Source of the DNA: an uncultured Verrucomicrobiota bacterium
Lineage (GTDB): Bacteria; Verrucomicrobiota; Kiritimatiellia; RFP12; UBA3636
Assembly: GCA_949285835.1 (NCBI GenBank)
Contig: CASEAR010000117.1
Coordinates: forward strand, 302-64,301
Reading direction: 5' to 3'
DNA length: 64,000 bases
Shown: positions 18,624 through 28,991 of the stretch, one piece after another
Layout: every line of letters starts with the position of its first letter
How positions within the stretch are numbered: position 1 is the first letter of the stretch
Translations under genes and position numbers: made by a program
Notes under the pieces: generated by a model
Database searches by the model: none
Told to the model about the DNA's origin: nothing
What the model saw: the letters and a program-made list of their open reading frames with translations, nothing else

Positions 18624-21600
18624 TACCTCTGCTGGATAATTTTGCCCCGGGATGCGTATCCGGTGAGAAACTCTCCGGGCTGCTGTTCCCGCACGCCGGA
18701 CGCTACTCCATCCCCGACGTCCCCGGAGCCGGCGGCGCGTTCCTGTGCGCGGCGACGCTTTCCGTCCCGGGAGCTTCGTGCCTTGTCGCCGTGCTCCCGG
18801 GGCCAAACGAACTGAATTCGTTTCTCGCAGACACAGACTGTTTTATGCCGGACGCCGTATACGCTTTCCCCATGACGAACCCGGCAGGCGACGATCCCCG
18901 ATCCGTCGCCATGTGCCTGAATACGGCGGAAAAACTCGTAAATGGTTCCGACCGCCCGTTCCTTGTGGCGACTTGCGTTCATGCTCTTGCCAGACCTCTT
19001 CCGGACACAGGCCTGACAGAGGAATTGTCGCTGAAACTCCGCACCGGCAAAGATATGGATCCGGCCGACCTCATCGATTGGCTGTCCGATTCCGGTTACC
19101 GCCGCGGCGAAGAAGTGTATGAACGGATCATGTTCGCTGTCAAGGGAGGAATCGTCGACGTATGGCCTTCCGCCGCGGACGGCCCCGTGCGCATCGAATT
19201 CTTCGGCGACACCGTCGAATCAATACGTCTGTTCGATACCGCCACCCAGCGCTCCGTACGCAAAATCAATGAAATCTCACTGACGCCGGCAGTTATACCA
19301 GATGAAAAGAAAATCCGCTTTGCCGATGCAGTTCCGTCCGGCGCGGCAGTCTTGTGGATCGATTACTGGGCCGGATCCGACTCCATAAGGGCTAATTCGG
19401 TCTGCCCGGAAGCTTCGGGTGCATGCGAAACGCTGGAGCGCCGGAACGACCTCACGCAGATATTCTGCGGGGATCCGCCGCCCGCCGGGGCGGCGTCGCT
19501 GCCGCAGCTGATCTTTGAAACACCGTTTCCAAACGCAGGGGAACGCATACCGGATCTGGACGTTGTCGTATCCAGACGGACAAAACTGCTCCGGGAATTG
19601 TCAGAAAAGGCAAAGCGCGGCGAAATTATCGTGAATATCTGCCTGGACACATCCGGTTCCGCCGATCATTTCAAGGCCGAAGCCGGCCCAGGAACGCCGC
19701 TCCATGTACACCTTGCGCCTGTTTCGGGCGGATTCGTGTTTAAGCCGCCGGGTAAGCCCGACGTAGTTTTTCTGTCTCAGGCAGAACTCTACGGAAGTGC
19801 AAAGCGCTCGAGAACGCGTCTTCGCGACCGCCCGGGCACTCTCGATATCACGATCCCGGACGCAGTCTCCCCCACAGACGCTTTCGCTCCGTTCACCCTG
19901 GAACATATCGAACCGGGAGATCTGGTTGTACATGCCGAACACGGCATCGGAAAATACGTCGGGATGTCGGAAATGATTTTCGACGGGAAACGCTCCGAAG
20001 TCATCTGCATAGAATATGCCGGACATTCCAAACTCTACGTCCCCCCGTCCAAAGCGCATCTTGTCTCCAGATACACCGGCACGGAAAACACTCCGGTCAA
20101 ACCCCATTCCCTCGGCGGCAAACGCTGGAACGCCGAGAAGGAATCCGCCGCCGCCGCCATCAGGGATCTGGCGGCGCAGATGCTCCGTACGCAGGCGATC
20201 CGTATGAACACCCCCGGATTCGCATTTTCCAGAGAAACGCCGTGGCTTTCGGACTTCGAGGCGTCTTTCCCCCATACGGAGACCGAGGGGCAGCTTGAGT
20301 GCATCGCCCGAGTCAAAGAGGACATGATATCTTCTCACCCGATGGACCGGCTCATATGCGGCGACGCCGGTTACGGCAAAACCGAAATCGCAATGCGTGC
20401 GGCGTTCATCTGCGCAATGCAGGGAAAACAGGTCGCTGTTCTCGCCCCGACGACGGTCCTGGCGCAGCAACATTACGAAACATTCAGGGAACGGATGGCG
20501 GAATACCCTTTGAACATAGCCGTACACTCGCGTTTCTGCTCTCAGGCGGAGAGGAAGCGCACCATCGACGGAATGGCTGACGGCTCCGTGGATATCGTCA
20601 TAGGCACGCACGGCATCCTCCGTCCGGACGTTGTCTTCAAAGATCTCGGCCTCGTCATAATAGACGAAGAACAGCGCTTCGGCGTACGGGACAAGGAACA
20701 TTTCAAATCCGTCAGAGCCCTCGTCGACGTGCTGACTCTGTCCGCCACCCCTATCCCCCGGACCCTGTATCTGGGATTGACCGGGGCGCGCGATTTGAGC
20801 GTATTGAAAACGCCGCCGCGCGAACGCGTCGCCACAGAAACAAAAATCGTAAGAAGGACAGACCGAGTCATCGTGAACGCCGTGCGCACAGAGCTCGAGC
20901 GGGGCGGTCAAGTCTTCTACCTGCACAACAGGGTCATGTCTATGGAACTCGTATTCCGCCACCTTTCGGATATCCTTCCGGAAGCCCGGATATGCATGGC
21001 TCACGGGAAAATGCCGCCGACGCAAATCGAGAAGATAACTCACGATTTTGCAAATGGAAAATACGACGTCCTCGTATCCACCACAATTATCGAAAACGGC
21101 ATCGACATACCGCGCGCCAACACGATAATCATATACCGCGCGGACAGGTTCGGCATTTCAGACCTATACCAGCTGCGCGGCAGAGTTGGCCGAGGAGCCG
21201 TAAAAGCATTCGCCTTCCTCATGATCCCGGACGGCGGCATCATAGACTCCGATGCGCGCAAAAGTCTGGCCGCCCTGAGGCAGAATTCCGACCTTGGAGC
21301 CGGACTGAACCTCGCTATGCGCGACCTCGGAATACGCGGAGCCGGAAATTTACTCGGGGCCGAACAGAGCGGACACATCGCGGCCATAGGCTTCAGCCTC
21401 TACTGTCAGCTTCTCAGGGCGGCCGTCGCAAAAATGAGCGGCCAGGCGCCTCCGCTCATCGTGGATGTGGACGTCAATCTGCCGTTCCTCGACATGAGCC
21501 CGTCGTCGGCCAATGCGCAGAACGGCGCGTCACTCCCATACCGGTATATCGACGAAGATTCCCGCAGGATAGCTTTCCACAGGCGTCTGGCGGAATGTTC

Positions 21601-21886
21601 CTCCGAAAAAGAACTCGAAGACCTGTACGGCGACATCACAGACCGATTCGGCAAAATGCCGGACCAGACGCGCCGGCTGTTCGATGTAATGCGCTGCCGC
21701 ATATTGTCGGCAATGCGCGGCATAACGCGCATTGATATGCGAGAACACGAACTCTGCATATACATAAACCGCATACCATACCGGCTTCCAAATGGGAAAC
21801 TTCCCCGCCCAGCAGGAAAAACCGCAGACGAACTCCTGCGCTCCATCACCAACATCATCCGATCCTTCCCCGCTTCCCGTGAATAA
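18620..21886 (+). CDS. mfd: Transcription-repair coupling factor
   Basis: GDLVVHAEHGIG, MDRLICGDAGYGKTE, IDEEQRFGV, SATPIPRT, QLRGRVGR, RGAGNLLGAEQSGH; ATGA overlap with rarA. Confidence 0.97.
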   Translation: MIPLLDNFAPGCVSGEKLSGLLFPHAGRYSIPDVPGAGGAFLCAATLSVPGASCLVAVLPGPNELNSFLADTDCFMPDAVYAFPMTNPAGDDPRSVAMCLNTAEKLVNGSDRPFLVATCVHALARPLPDTGLTEELSLKLRTGKDMDPADLIDWLSDSGYRRGEEVYERIMFAVKGGIVDVWPSAADGPVRIEFFGDTVESIRLFDTATQRSVRKINEISLTPAVIPDEKKIRFADAVPSGAAVLWIDYWAGSDSIRANSVCPEASGACETLERRNDLTQIFCGDPPPAGAASLPQLIFETPFPNAGERIPDLDVVVSRRTKLLRELSEKAKRGEIIVNICLDTSGSADHFKAEAGPGTPLHVHLAPVSGGFVFKPPGKPDVVFLSQAELYGSAKRSRTRLRDRPGTLDITIPDAVSPTDAFAPFTLEHIEPGDLVVHAEHGIGKYVGMSEMIFDGKRSEVICIEYAGHSKLYVPPSKAHLVSRYTGTENTPVKPHSLGGKRWNAEKESAAAAIRDLAAQMLRTQAIRMNTPGFAFSRETPWLSDFEASFPHTETEGQLECIARVKEDMISSHPMDRLICGDAGYGKTEIAMRAAFICAMQGKQVAVLAPTTVLAQQHYETFRERMAEYPLNIAVHSRFCSQAERKRTIDGMADGSVDIVIGTHGILRPDVVFKDLGLVIIDEEQRFGVRDKEHFKSVRALVDVLTLSATPIPRTLYLGLTGARDLSVLKTPPRERVATETKIVRRTDRVIVNAVRTELERGGQVFYLHNRVMSMELVFRHLSDILPEARICMAHGKMPPTQIEKITHDFANGKYDVLVSTTIIENGIDIPRANTIIIYRADRFGISDLYQLRGRVGRGAVKAFAFLMIPDGGIIDSDARKSLAALRQNSDLGAGLNLAMRDLGIRGAGNLLGAEQSGHIAAIGFSLYCQLLRAAVAKMSGQAPPLIVDVDVNLPFLDMSPSSANAQNGASLPYRYIDEDSRRIAFHRRLAECSSEKELEDLYGDITDRFGKMPDQTRRLFDVMRCRILSAMRGITRIDMREHELCIYINRIPYRLPNGKLPRPAGKTADELLRSITNIIRSFPASRE

Positions 21887-21908
21887 CACCCAACACGACA
21901 GGACATAC

Positions 21909-22658
21909 ATGGATAATCTCACTCTGGTCAAATGGTCTCTGCTGCTCATGTCAGCGTTTATACAAGGTTTGTCCAAAGGCGGCATACCGGGAATTGCCAT
22001 TCTTGCCATCCCGGTTGTCGCACTTATAGTTCCCGGCAAGGAAGCCACCGGGCTTATTCTCCCGATGCTGATCGCCGGAGACGTCATGGCTCTGGCAATC
22101 TGGAGGAAAAACTGCGACCGCAAATCCCTTCTCAGAGCGCTCCCGTGGGCCGTCGCCGGTATCCTGACGGGATGGTACGCCCTCGAACACATATCCGACA
22201 CGTATATGAATCCGCTCATCGGCGCCATAATCCTCGCGATCCTGCTTCTCCAGCGCCAAGAGAAGAAACTCGGGGGGAAAGCGGTGTCCGGAGGCCGAGT
22301 TTTTCCGGCATTCATGGGTTTTCTGGGCGGCATAACAACTATGCTCGCCAACGCGGCCGGCCCTGTAATTTCCGCATATCTGCTCTCGATGCGACTTCCC
22401 AAAAACCTTTTCATGGGGACGTGCGCATGGTTCTTCTTTATCATCAACTGGATAAAGGTTCCGTTCATGGTCGACTTGAACATGATCACTCCCGCAAGCC
22501 TCTCCGTAAACGCCAGAATGCTCCCCGCGCTTATCGCCGGCGTCGCCGCCGGAGCGCTTTTTGCGAAGAAGATAAACCAAAAGGTTTTCACCGCCATAGT
22601 CACCTTCCTCACATTCATCGCCGGCGTACGCCTCATCCTGACAGCCTTCGGAATATGA
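21909..22658 (+). CDS. TauE/SafE family (sulfite exporter-like) membrane protein
   Basis: Multiple hydrophobic helices; GLSKGGIPG, LPMLIAGD, TMLANAAGP, INWIKVPF. Confidence 0.88.
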   Translation: MDNLTLVKWSLLLMSAFIQGLSKGGIPGIAILAIPVVALIVPGKEATGLILPMLIAGDVMALAIWRKNCDRKSLLRALPWAVAGILTGWYALEHISDTYMNPLIGAIILAILLLQRQEKKLGGKAVSGGRVFPAFMGFLGGITTMLANAAGPVISAYLLSMRLPKNLFMGTCAWFFFIINWIKVPFMVDLNMITPASLSVNARMLPALIAGVAAGALFAKKINQKVFTAIVTFLTFIAGVRLILTAFGI

Positions 22659-22860
22659 CGCATCCCCGGCAATCCGCTCCGTAATATGCGTGCAGCGCAG
22701 GTCACGACATATCCCTAATGAAATTCCCGATGCCGCGGCGCGGTCATGCACTCTGACACGCTGACCGGCCGAACAAAATCAGAGAAGCCGCCGGTTTCAA
22801 ACCGGATAACGTAAATTTCCCGGTACTGCGCCGCAGTGAAAACCGCATAACAAAACGAAA

Positions 22861-22945
22861 TCCCTCCGGACACGGCTGCAATACAAGCGCAAATGCACGC
22901 GGCTGCAATACAGACGCGCAAGTGCATGTGTCCGGCTGTGAGGGA
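22861..22945. repeat. Intergenic element with imperfect terminal inverted repeat and internal 27-bp direct repeat
   Basis: TCCCTC-CGGACAC ... GTGTCCG-gctgt-GAGGGA flank CGGCTGCAATACA at 22873 and 22900. Confidence 0.5.
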
Positions 22946-23236
22946 GCGCAAGACTGAACCGCCGCCTCGCAATCGCCGGGCTTGACGCGTCGCGCAGCGT
23001 TAAAGCTCAGCCCGCGGCACGCGCGCAGCGTCCGCAGCCGGACACCCGGAACTAACGCGAAGTGAAAAAGTCTGTGAGAACCGCGCGTCCACCCGAAACG
23101 CAATCTCCGATTCCGGAATACCCGGGCTTCCAGCGGCCTGGCATAAAGCGCCCTCCGCCCCAAAAAAGCAGCACGTGACATTCCCGGAAGAGAACGTCAC
23201 GCACATAGGATTCCGCACACGAAGCGGATGCCGCAA

Positions 23237-26200
23237 CTACGGCACGAGAATCAGCCTGCCCCATCCGGACCGGTCGCTGGAGTTGCGGGCTCCGCCGTTC
23301 CACATGAGCTGTGTGTGCCGCTGCGTGTTCATGTCCGCATTGTCTATCCCAATGTCAAACAGAATCTCATCGCCGGCTTTCGGCTTGATTCCAAGAAAAC
23401 TCCATGGGATCGCGGCTTCCAGCACGTACCCGTCTCCGGACGTGTTCTCAGACGCCGACAACTTTATGTTCGGCTGTTTCGGAACATTCGGGACAAAAAA
23501 CTCTGGAGTCCTGCCCGCGCCGAGAAGAATCTGCCTATCCGAGAACAACATCGGGCCGGGAACATCGATTTTTTCCGTTCCCAGGAACAATTCGACGCAA
23601 TCGCCGTTCCAGATGGATTTCCCGCTTTGTCCGTTGCACATCGGGGTACGATCCGTTACAGACACGTGAATGTAGAGCGACTCGTCGTCCCATGCCGTCT
23701 TGAAGGAAGCTTCCAAGCCATCGGCCGATTTGCCGGAAACTATCCTGTCTGCGCCAATCCTTTCCGGCGGGCGGAGAGGATATCCATCCTGGCGTCCGTC
23801 CACTTCCATCTTGCCCACAGGACGTCCTGCGGAAACTTTCTTCACCCCGCCCGTTCCTCCGGAAACGAACCTCGGATCGTCTATCGCATACGGCTTCGCT
23901 CCGCACAGCCAGACTCCGTAAACGCCCGCGTTCGTTTTCAGCATCTCGTCGATCATATCCGCGTACGGCCTGTCGGCAACGCTGAACAATCCTGTATTGT
24001 TGCGCTCTCCGTTCATTCCTTCGAAGAATCTGCCCGTGGCGGCCTGGTCTATAAGCGTGAACCACTCCACGCCGACGACAAACCCCGTTGCCGCCGCATT
24101 TTCGACGTAGTTCCTGTACGCCTTTCCGCGCTCCCGCTGAGTCTTCATATCCAAACCGGACGGTCCTGCGTTGCTCTCCGCGGCGGACGTGTAGTAAAAC
24201 TCGCTCCAGAACTGCGGTCTGCCTCCGGTCCACCTGTAAATCCGGCCGATGAACTCGTTGTCCACGGCCATCGTGTAGTAATTCACGCTTATTACGTCCA
24301 TGTACTTTCCGGCCACCCGGCACAATATCTCATTGTTCGCGGTTCCCGGCTGCCACCTGTTGCCGATAAGCATGTGATTTGGATCGTATTTCCTGAAAGT
24401 CTCCGTGATCACGGAGTAGTACTTGTCCAGAAAGAACTCCGTAAACCCGGTCATGTCGGCAAAAGCTTCCCGCGTGCTGACCGGGAGCGCGGTTTTCTCC
24501 AATTCATCAAATGAAGATGCGCTTGTCCCCCATGCCCGATTCACCGAAGCAATATCGCCGTACTTCTCCTTCAATTTTTCAACCAGCTTGCGCTTGCACG
24601 CATAAGACCCGTCAAGAGCCGGGATCGCGCGCGGAATGTCCTCAAGACCCTGCTCATTGGCAAGGAAGTACCCGATGAGAAGAGGATCCTCCGCGTTCTT
24701 CGCCACCCCGCCGCTCATGGCTTTGTCAATCTCAGCCGGAGTCGCGGGATCAAACGGATCGAACATGCCGCGCACAGTCGGAATATTCCTGACTTTTCCA
24801 TAGGAAAGCGACCTTACATACGGGAAGGAAAGCTCCTTCACCGCCTCCGGCACGGGAGAAAACGCGCCGACGGAATTGAAGCCGAACGAACGGACCCTGC
24901 CGACCATGCGCTCAGCTTCGGCGTTGTCGTAAAACGAACCGCGCTTCCTCACCACATTGGCTTTGTAGAAAGACACGGCGCGCGTGTTCCACCAGTCTCC
25001 CGGCTTGTCCTTCCAGGCAGAAAGGAAAGCGCCGTTCCTCGGCGGAAGCCATTCGAACGCGCCCTCCCTCCCGGAAATATCGGTAAAATCGTCGCTCGGA
25101 GCAAATCCGCAGATTCCAAGATGGAAAAACGGAAGCCCTTCCGGATCGACAAGTATCCACACTTCTTTTCCGTTCAGAAGATGTTTTTCAACATGGAAAA
25201 ACCCGGTCTTCTTCAAATCAGGAAGGCCGGCGATACCCGTGCGGCCGCCGTATCTGCCGAATGCCGCACCGCCGGAAAGTTTGCTGAACTCTCCGGCCAG
25301 CTTAGAATAATATTCGTCCTCACCGGCGGCATCGGCCTTCAATTCCGATTCTTCCGCTATTTTTCCGGGAAACGTCTTTGCCGTCTGCCCGAACTCATCC
25401 AGCAGCTTGACCTGTTTGTACCCGGTGTTGTCCAGAGCAAACTTCATTTCCATCTCCTGTCTTGCGCTGTTATATGGTACTGAGAACGAAGTCCAGAAGA
25501 TATTCCATCCCCATTCCCTGTTGTCCTGCACCTCGACATATGTGTCCGGAGGAAGGTCAAACACCAGTTTGGAGCCATTGGCATCTGCTAGGCCGAATCT
25601 GCGCCCGTGCCCTTGAAATACTTTGCCCCTTTCCGCCTTGTTCTGGGGGAACCCGCCCCCGTTGGAATCGACTTCCCAGCTGCCGCCGTCTCTGTAGCTG
25701 AACGGGACGAACATGCCGTGAAGCCATCCAGTCATTCCTTCCGGCGCCTTGACAAATTTCAGCTTAACGGAACCTGACCCCAGCGACGCATTCAGCACCC
25801 CCCCGCCTGAGTATTTTATCGTGGCGGAAGAGCCGTTCACCTCGGCGTCAAGCGGTTTTATGCGCCCGCCAGACCCCGATATCATTATTTCCGGGTATGA
25901 AAACGTGAACTTGCCCATGCCTCCCGCGTCAAAGACCACTCCGCTTCCTGACAAATGCGCGCTGAGCGACGGCACATTGCTCTTTGCCCCTGCGCCCGGG
26001 GAAGCATAAAGCTCTTTTTCCGCCCTCTTCGTTATGCCGTCAAGCGCGTCCGGCTTGCTGTCGAAAGATACCGTCACGAACCTCTTGTCCTTGTTAAACG
26101 GAGTCGTAACGCTCAGCCCGAACGTGTTCCAATTCCACTCACGATAGTCCTGAAGTTCCACCCATGCAAAGCTTTCCGGGAATCTCAAACATATCCTTCC

Positions 26201-26683
26201 CGTGGACTTTCCGTAAAACTCCACATCGTTACCGTGCCCCTGAAACAGCTTCGGCCCGCCGTTCTTTTCTGGGAAGCCGCCTTCTCTGCCGCCTATGCGC
26301 CATGTGCCGCCGTCATGAAAATTCAGCGGTACAAGCGTATCAAACCTGTAACTCTTGACGATACCGTCCGCTCCGGAAAAAGATACCGCAAAATACCCGT
26401 CGCAGACCGACACCCTGGCGGAAACCCCGGAAGGATAAACGAGTTCCGCTATAAGCTTTCCGTCCACGGATGTTTTTTTCACGCTCTCCGGCTTAACGTC
26501 ATTTTTCCCGCCGGAATATGCAAGCAGCGGATACGACACAGTCAGACCGCTGCTGCCGCCGGTCGAGATGCAGACTCCCCCGTCGGACAGCTCAGCCGAC
26601 GAACCCGCGCCGTATACACCCGACGGCGCCGCCCAAACCGCGATGCCAAGTAAAAAAACGGCGGCCGCATTTAGATTCTTCAT
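23237..26683 (-). CDS. Secreted GH50 (beta-agarase)-like glycoside hydrolase with duplicated N-terminal domain and C-terminal CBM9-like domain
   Basis: TGFFHVEK..WILVDPEG, GFNSVGAF, LIGYFLANE, DPNHMLIGNR, DVISVNYY, FVVGVEWF..DQ, ERNNTGL; C-terminal AWDDESLYIHVSV..WNGDCVELF..GYVLEAAIPW. Confidence 0.8.
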   Translation of the reverse strand: MKNLNAAAVFLLGIAVWAAPSGVYGAGSSAELSDGGVCISTGGSSGLTVSYPLLAYSGGKNDVKPESVKKTSVDGKLIAELVYPSGVSARVSVCDGYFAVSFSGADGIVKSYRFDTLVPLNFHDGGTWRIGGREGGFPEKNGGPKLFQGHGNDVEFYGKSTGRICLRFPESFAWVELQDYREWNWNTFGLSVTTPFNKDKRFVTVSFDSKPDALDGITKRAEKELYASPGAGAKSNVPSLSAHLSGSGVVFDAGGMGKFTFSYPEIMISGSGGRIKPLDAEVNGSSATIKYSGGGVLNASLGSGSVKLKFVKAPEGMTGWLHGMFVPFSYRDGGSWEVDSNGGGFPQNKAERGKVFQGHGRRFGLADANGSKLVFDLPPDTYVEVQDNREWGWNIFWTSFSVPYNSARQEMEMKFALDNTGYKQVKLLDEFGQTAKTFPGKIAEESELKADAAGEDEYYSKLAGEFSKLSGGAAFGRYGGRTGIAGLPDLKKTGFFHVEKHLLNGKEVWILVDPEGLPFFHLGICGFAPSDDFTDISGREGAFEWLPPRNGAFLSAWKDKPGDWWNTRAVSFYKANVVRKRGSFYDNAEAERMVGRVRSFGFNSVGAFSPVPEAVKELSFPYVRSLSYGKVRNIPTVRGMFDPFDPATPAEIDKAMSGGVAKNAEDPLLIGYFLANEQGLEDIPRAIPALDGSYACKRKLVEKLKEKYGDIASVNRAWGTSASSFDELEKTALPVSTREAFADMTGFTEFFLDKYYSVITETFRKYDPNHMLIGNRWQPGTANNEILCRVAGKYMDVISVNYYTMAVDNEFIGRIYRWTGGRPQFWSEFYYTSAAESNAGPSGLDMKTQRERGKAYRNYVENAAATGFVVGVEWFTLIDQAATGRFFEGMNGERNNTGLFSVADRPYADMIDEMLKTNAGVYGVWLCGAKPYAIDDPRFVSGGTGGVKKVSAGRPVGKMEVDGRQDGYPLRPPERIGADRIVSGKSADGLEASFKTAWDDESLYIHVSVTDRTPMCNGQSGKSIWNGDCVELFLGTEKIDVPGPMLFSDRQILLGAGRTPEFFVPNVPKQPNIKLSASENTSGDGYVLEAAIPWSFLGIKPKAGDEILFDIGIDNADMNTQRHTQLMWNGGARNSSDRSGWGRLILVP

Positions 26684-26771
26684 CGTAAGTCTCCAGTTTT
26701 GAATTTACCTCTCGGCACTCCTGCGGCGGCATGAGACGCCTCCGCCCTCTGCGAAGCTCCATCATGAAAGC

Positions 26772-26801
26772 ATTGTATGACCCATACCATGCAAAAGTCA
26801 A
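26772..26801 (-). promoter_or_regulatory. Putative sigma70 promoter for the GH50-like gene
   Basis: TTGACT-18 bp-TACAAT on the minus strand. Confidence 0.5.
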
Positions 26802-27062
26802 CGCGATAAACTTGAAAAAAACAACTGTAATAACGCTTTTATTTCGCCAACATCTGATAGTTCCGCACTTCCTGTGCACAACAAGCCATTTGTTGCACAG
26901 GCATCCGCACTGTACGCCGGTAAACCGGTCCGGGGCGGCTGAAATTTCAAACGCTTGCCCAAACGAACCGCATCAAACGCGAGAGCCGAATTGAGCGGAC
27001 AAACCGAATCAAAATGCGGCGGAGTCAGGTCCATGCCGTGCGGCTGCCGCCGTTTCAACCAC

Positions 27063-28991
27063 TTACCCAAGTGAACCGCATTCCCTCCGGGGATTTTGCT
27101 TTACGGCAGTTTCCAAAGACTTTTCGGCGGCGAAAATAAAAGCCCGTTCCTTTGCCCTTGTAACGGCTGTGTAAAACAAAGACCTGACGAGAAGCGGATT
27201 CGACGCATCAGGCGTAAGAACGACCAGCACATTTGAAAACTGCGAGCCCTGGCTCTTATGCACAGTTACGGCGTATGCCGGCGAAAACTTCGGCAGGCGG
27301 CTGACGGCCACGGCTTCAGGGCTTCCGCCGCAATTGAACACCGCATAGAGTTTCCCATCGTCCGTATTTCTCATCACAACGCCCATGTCGCCGTTTTTCA
27401 TCTCCGTCCCTGCGCATGACTCATCAAGGATCACAGGCATTCCAGGGAAAACATTTTTATCGGAGCCAAACCTCTGGTATGCGGGCGACATGCTCGCGAT
27501 TATGAATTCATTTATGCCCGACGCCCCGAAGAACCCGTTTCGAAGTGGCGTGAGGATCACCGCCGACGACAGCACGCCGACAGCGCTCAGCATTGCCTCA
27601 GGCGCTTCAGAAAAGGAAACGGCACACTTTTGTCTCAGTGGCCCGAAAAACCGGTGCGCCCATGAAACCACGCAGCGTCTGAGCGACAACGGGTCAGAGG
27701 CATCTGCCCCCGTCACCATATAGCATGAATTGCCGGGAACGGAATCCCACACGCCGTTTTTTTCAAACTCCGGCAGAAACGGGTCTATGAAGACAAGGTC
27801 TTCTCCGGCATCGAGGGTTCCTTCGTTTATGCGCATCGACGTCTCAAGCAGTTTCCCGGAGCTTCGATGCGTGACATCCAGCCGCACGGTGCGGCTGAAC
27901 CATGCCGGCACGTCAAGCATGCTTCCCATGACGGCTCCGGCGCTTACGCTTGGTAGCTGGCGGCTGTCCCCTATCAGTATCAGCCTGCAATCCGGACTCA
28001 GCGCAGACAAAACCGAGTCCATAAGCGAGATATCTATCATAGAAGCTTCGTCGATGATAATCGCCCGGTACGGCAGCTTGAGAGCGCCGCCGTATACGAA
28101 CGCCCCGTCTGAGACTCCCAGCAGCGAATGAATCGTGACGCCGTTCGCCGCGGAAAGCTCTTCCAGAAGCTCCATGCTTACACCTTCCGCCTTTTTGAGC
28201 TCTGTCTGCACGGACTCCTTGATGCGCCGGGCCGCACGGCCCGTCGGGGCGCACAGCGCGACTTCGCCCGCCCTGACGCCGCTCAGCACAAAAGCCCTCA
28301 AAATTGCACAAATTACAGTTGTCTTGCCGGTCCCCGGGCCGCCGGTCACGATCACGCCGCGCCCGGTCAGGGCCAGCTTCACCGCTTTTCTCTGCATCTC
28401 CGACAGTTCAAACCCGGAAAAACGCGTCGCTTCCTCCGTTATGCGTTCCGCCGCCGCCTCCCCTACGCTTTCCGGGAAGGGGCTGCACATGAGCTTCCCC
28501 AGCCCGCAGGCGAGGTTACGCTCTGCGGCAAAGCAGCGGCTGAAATACAAATACTTCGCGGAATCCGACTCCTCAACGTATGCAAGCGGGGAATTAGCGC
28601 CGCGGCAGCAGCGTTTAATCGAGCCGAATTGTGTTTCCGCCAGACTCTTCCATATGTTCCCGACTTCCTCCAGATCAGTCCCGGACACGCGTACGCCTGA
28701 GTCCGCGTTCAGGGACCGAGGCTCTGCATATGAAACGCGCTTTATCAGCCCGCTTGCCCCGTCTTCATCAAGCTTGAGCCGCGTGTCGCCCTTCCCGAAT
28801 GAAACAGAAAGCAGCGCCGTCGCGCAGAAGAATCCGTCACGCTCCTCCGGCGGCACACCGCAGATATCGCATGCATCACGCATAATCTGCAGATCGTTCA
28901 AAGAAATGTCGCCCAGTTCCGCAAGAACGTTAAGAACTCTGGAAAGCGGCTTCCCAACCCCTGGAAGAATATTTTCGCCTACATTAACCAT
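27063..28991 (-). CDS. recD: Exodeoxyribonuclease V alpha subunit
   Basis: TGGPGTGKTT, APTGRAA, IIDEASM, IGDSRQLPSV, TVHKSQGSQF, YTAVTRAK; start overlaps recB stop. Confidence 0.93.
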   Translation of the reverse strand: MVNVGENILPGVGKPLSRVLNVLAELGDISLNDLQIMRDACDICGVPPEERDGFFCATALLSVSFGKGDTRLKLDEDGASGLIKRVSYAEPRSLNADSGVRVSGTDLEEVGNIWKSLAETQFGSIKRCCRGANSPLAYVEESDSAKYLYFSRCFAAERNLACGLGKLMCSPFPESVGEAAAERITEEATRFSGFELSEMQRKAVKLALTGRGVIVTGGPGTGKTTVICAILRAFVLSGVRAGEVALCAPTGRAARRIKESVQTELKKAEGVSMELLEELSAANGVTIHSLLGVSDGAFVYGGALKLPYRAIIIDEASMIDISLMDSVLSALSPDCRLILIGDSRQLPSVSAGAVMGSMLDVPAWFSRTVRLDVTHRSSGKLLETSMRINEGTLDAGEDLVFIDPFLPEFEKNGVWDSVPGNSCYMVTGADASDPLSLRRCVVSWAHRFFGPLRQKCAVSFSEAPEAMLSAVGVLSSAVILTPLRNGFFGASGINEFIIASMSPAYQRFGSDKNVFPGMPVILDESCAGTEMKNGDMGVVMRNTDDGKLYAVFNCGGSPEAVAVSRLPKFSPAYAVTVHKSQGSQFSNVLVVLTPDASNPLLVRSLFYTAVTRAKERAFIFAAEKSLETAVKQNPRRECGSLG

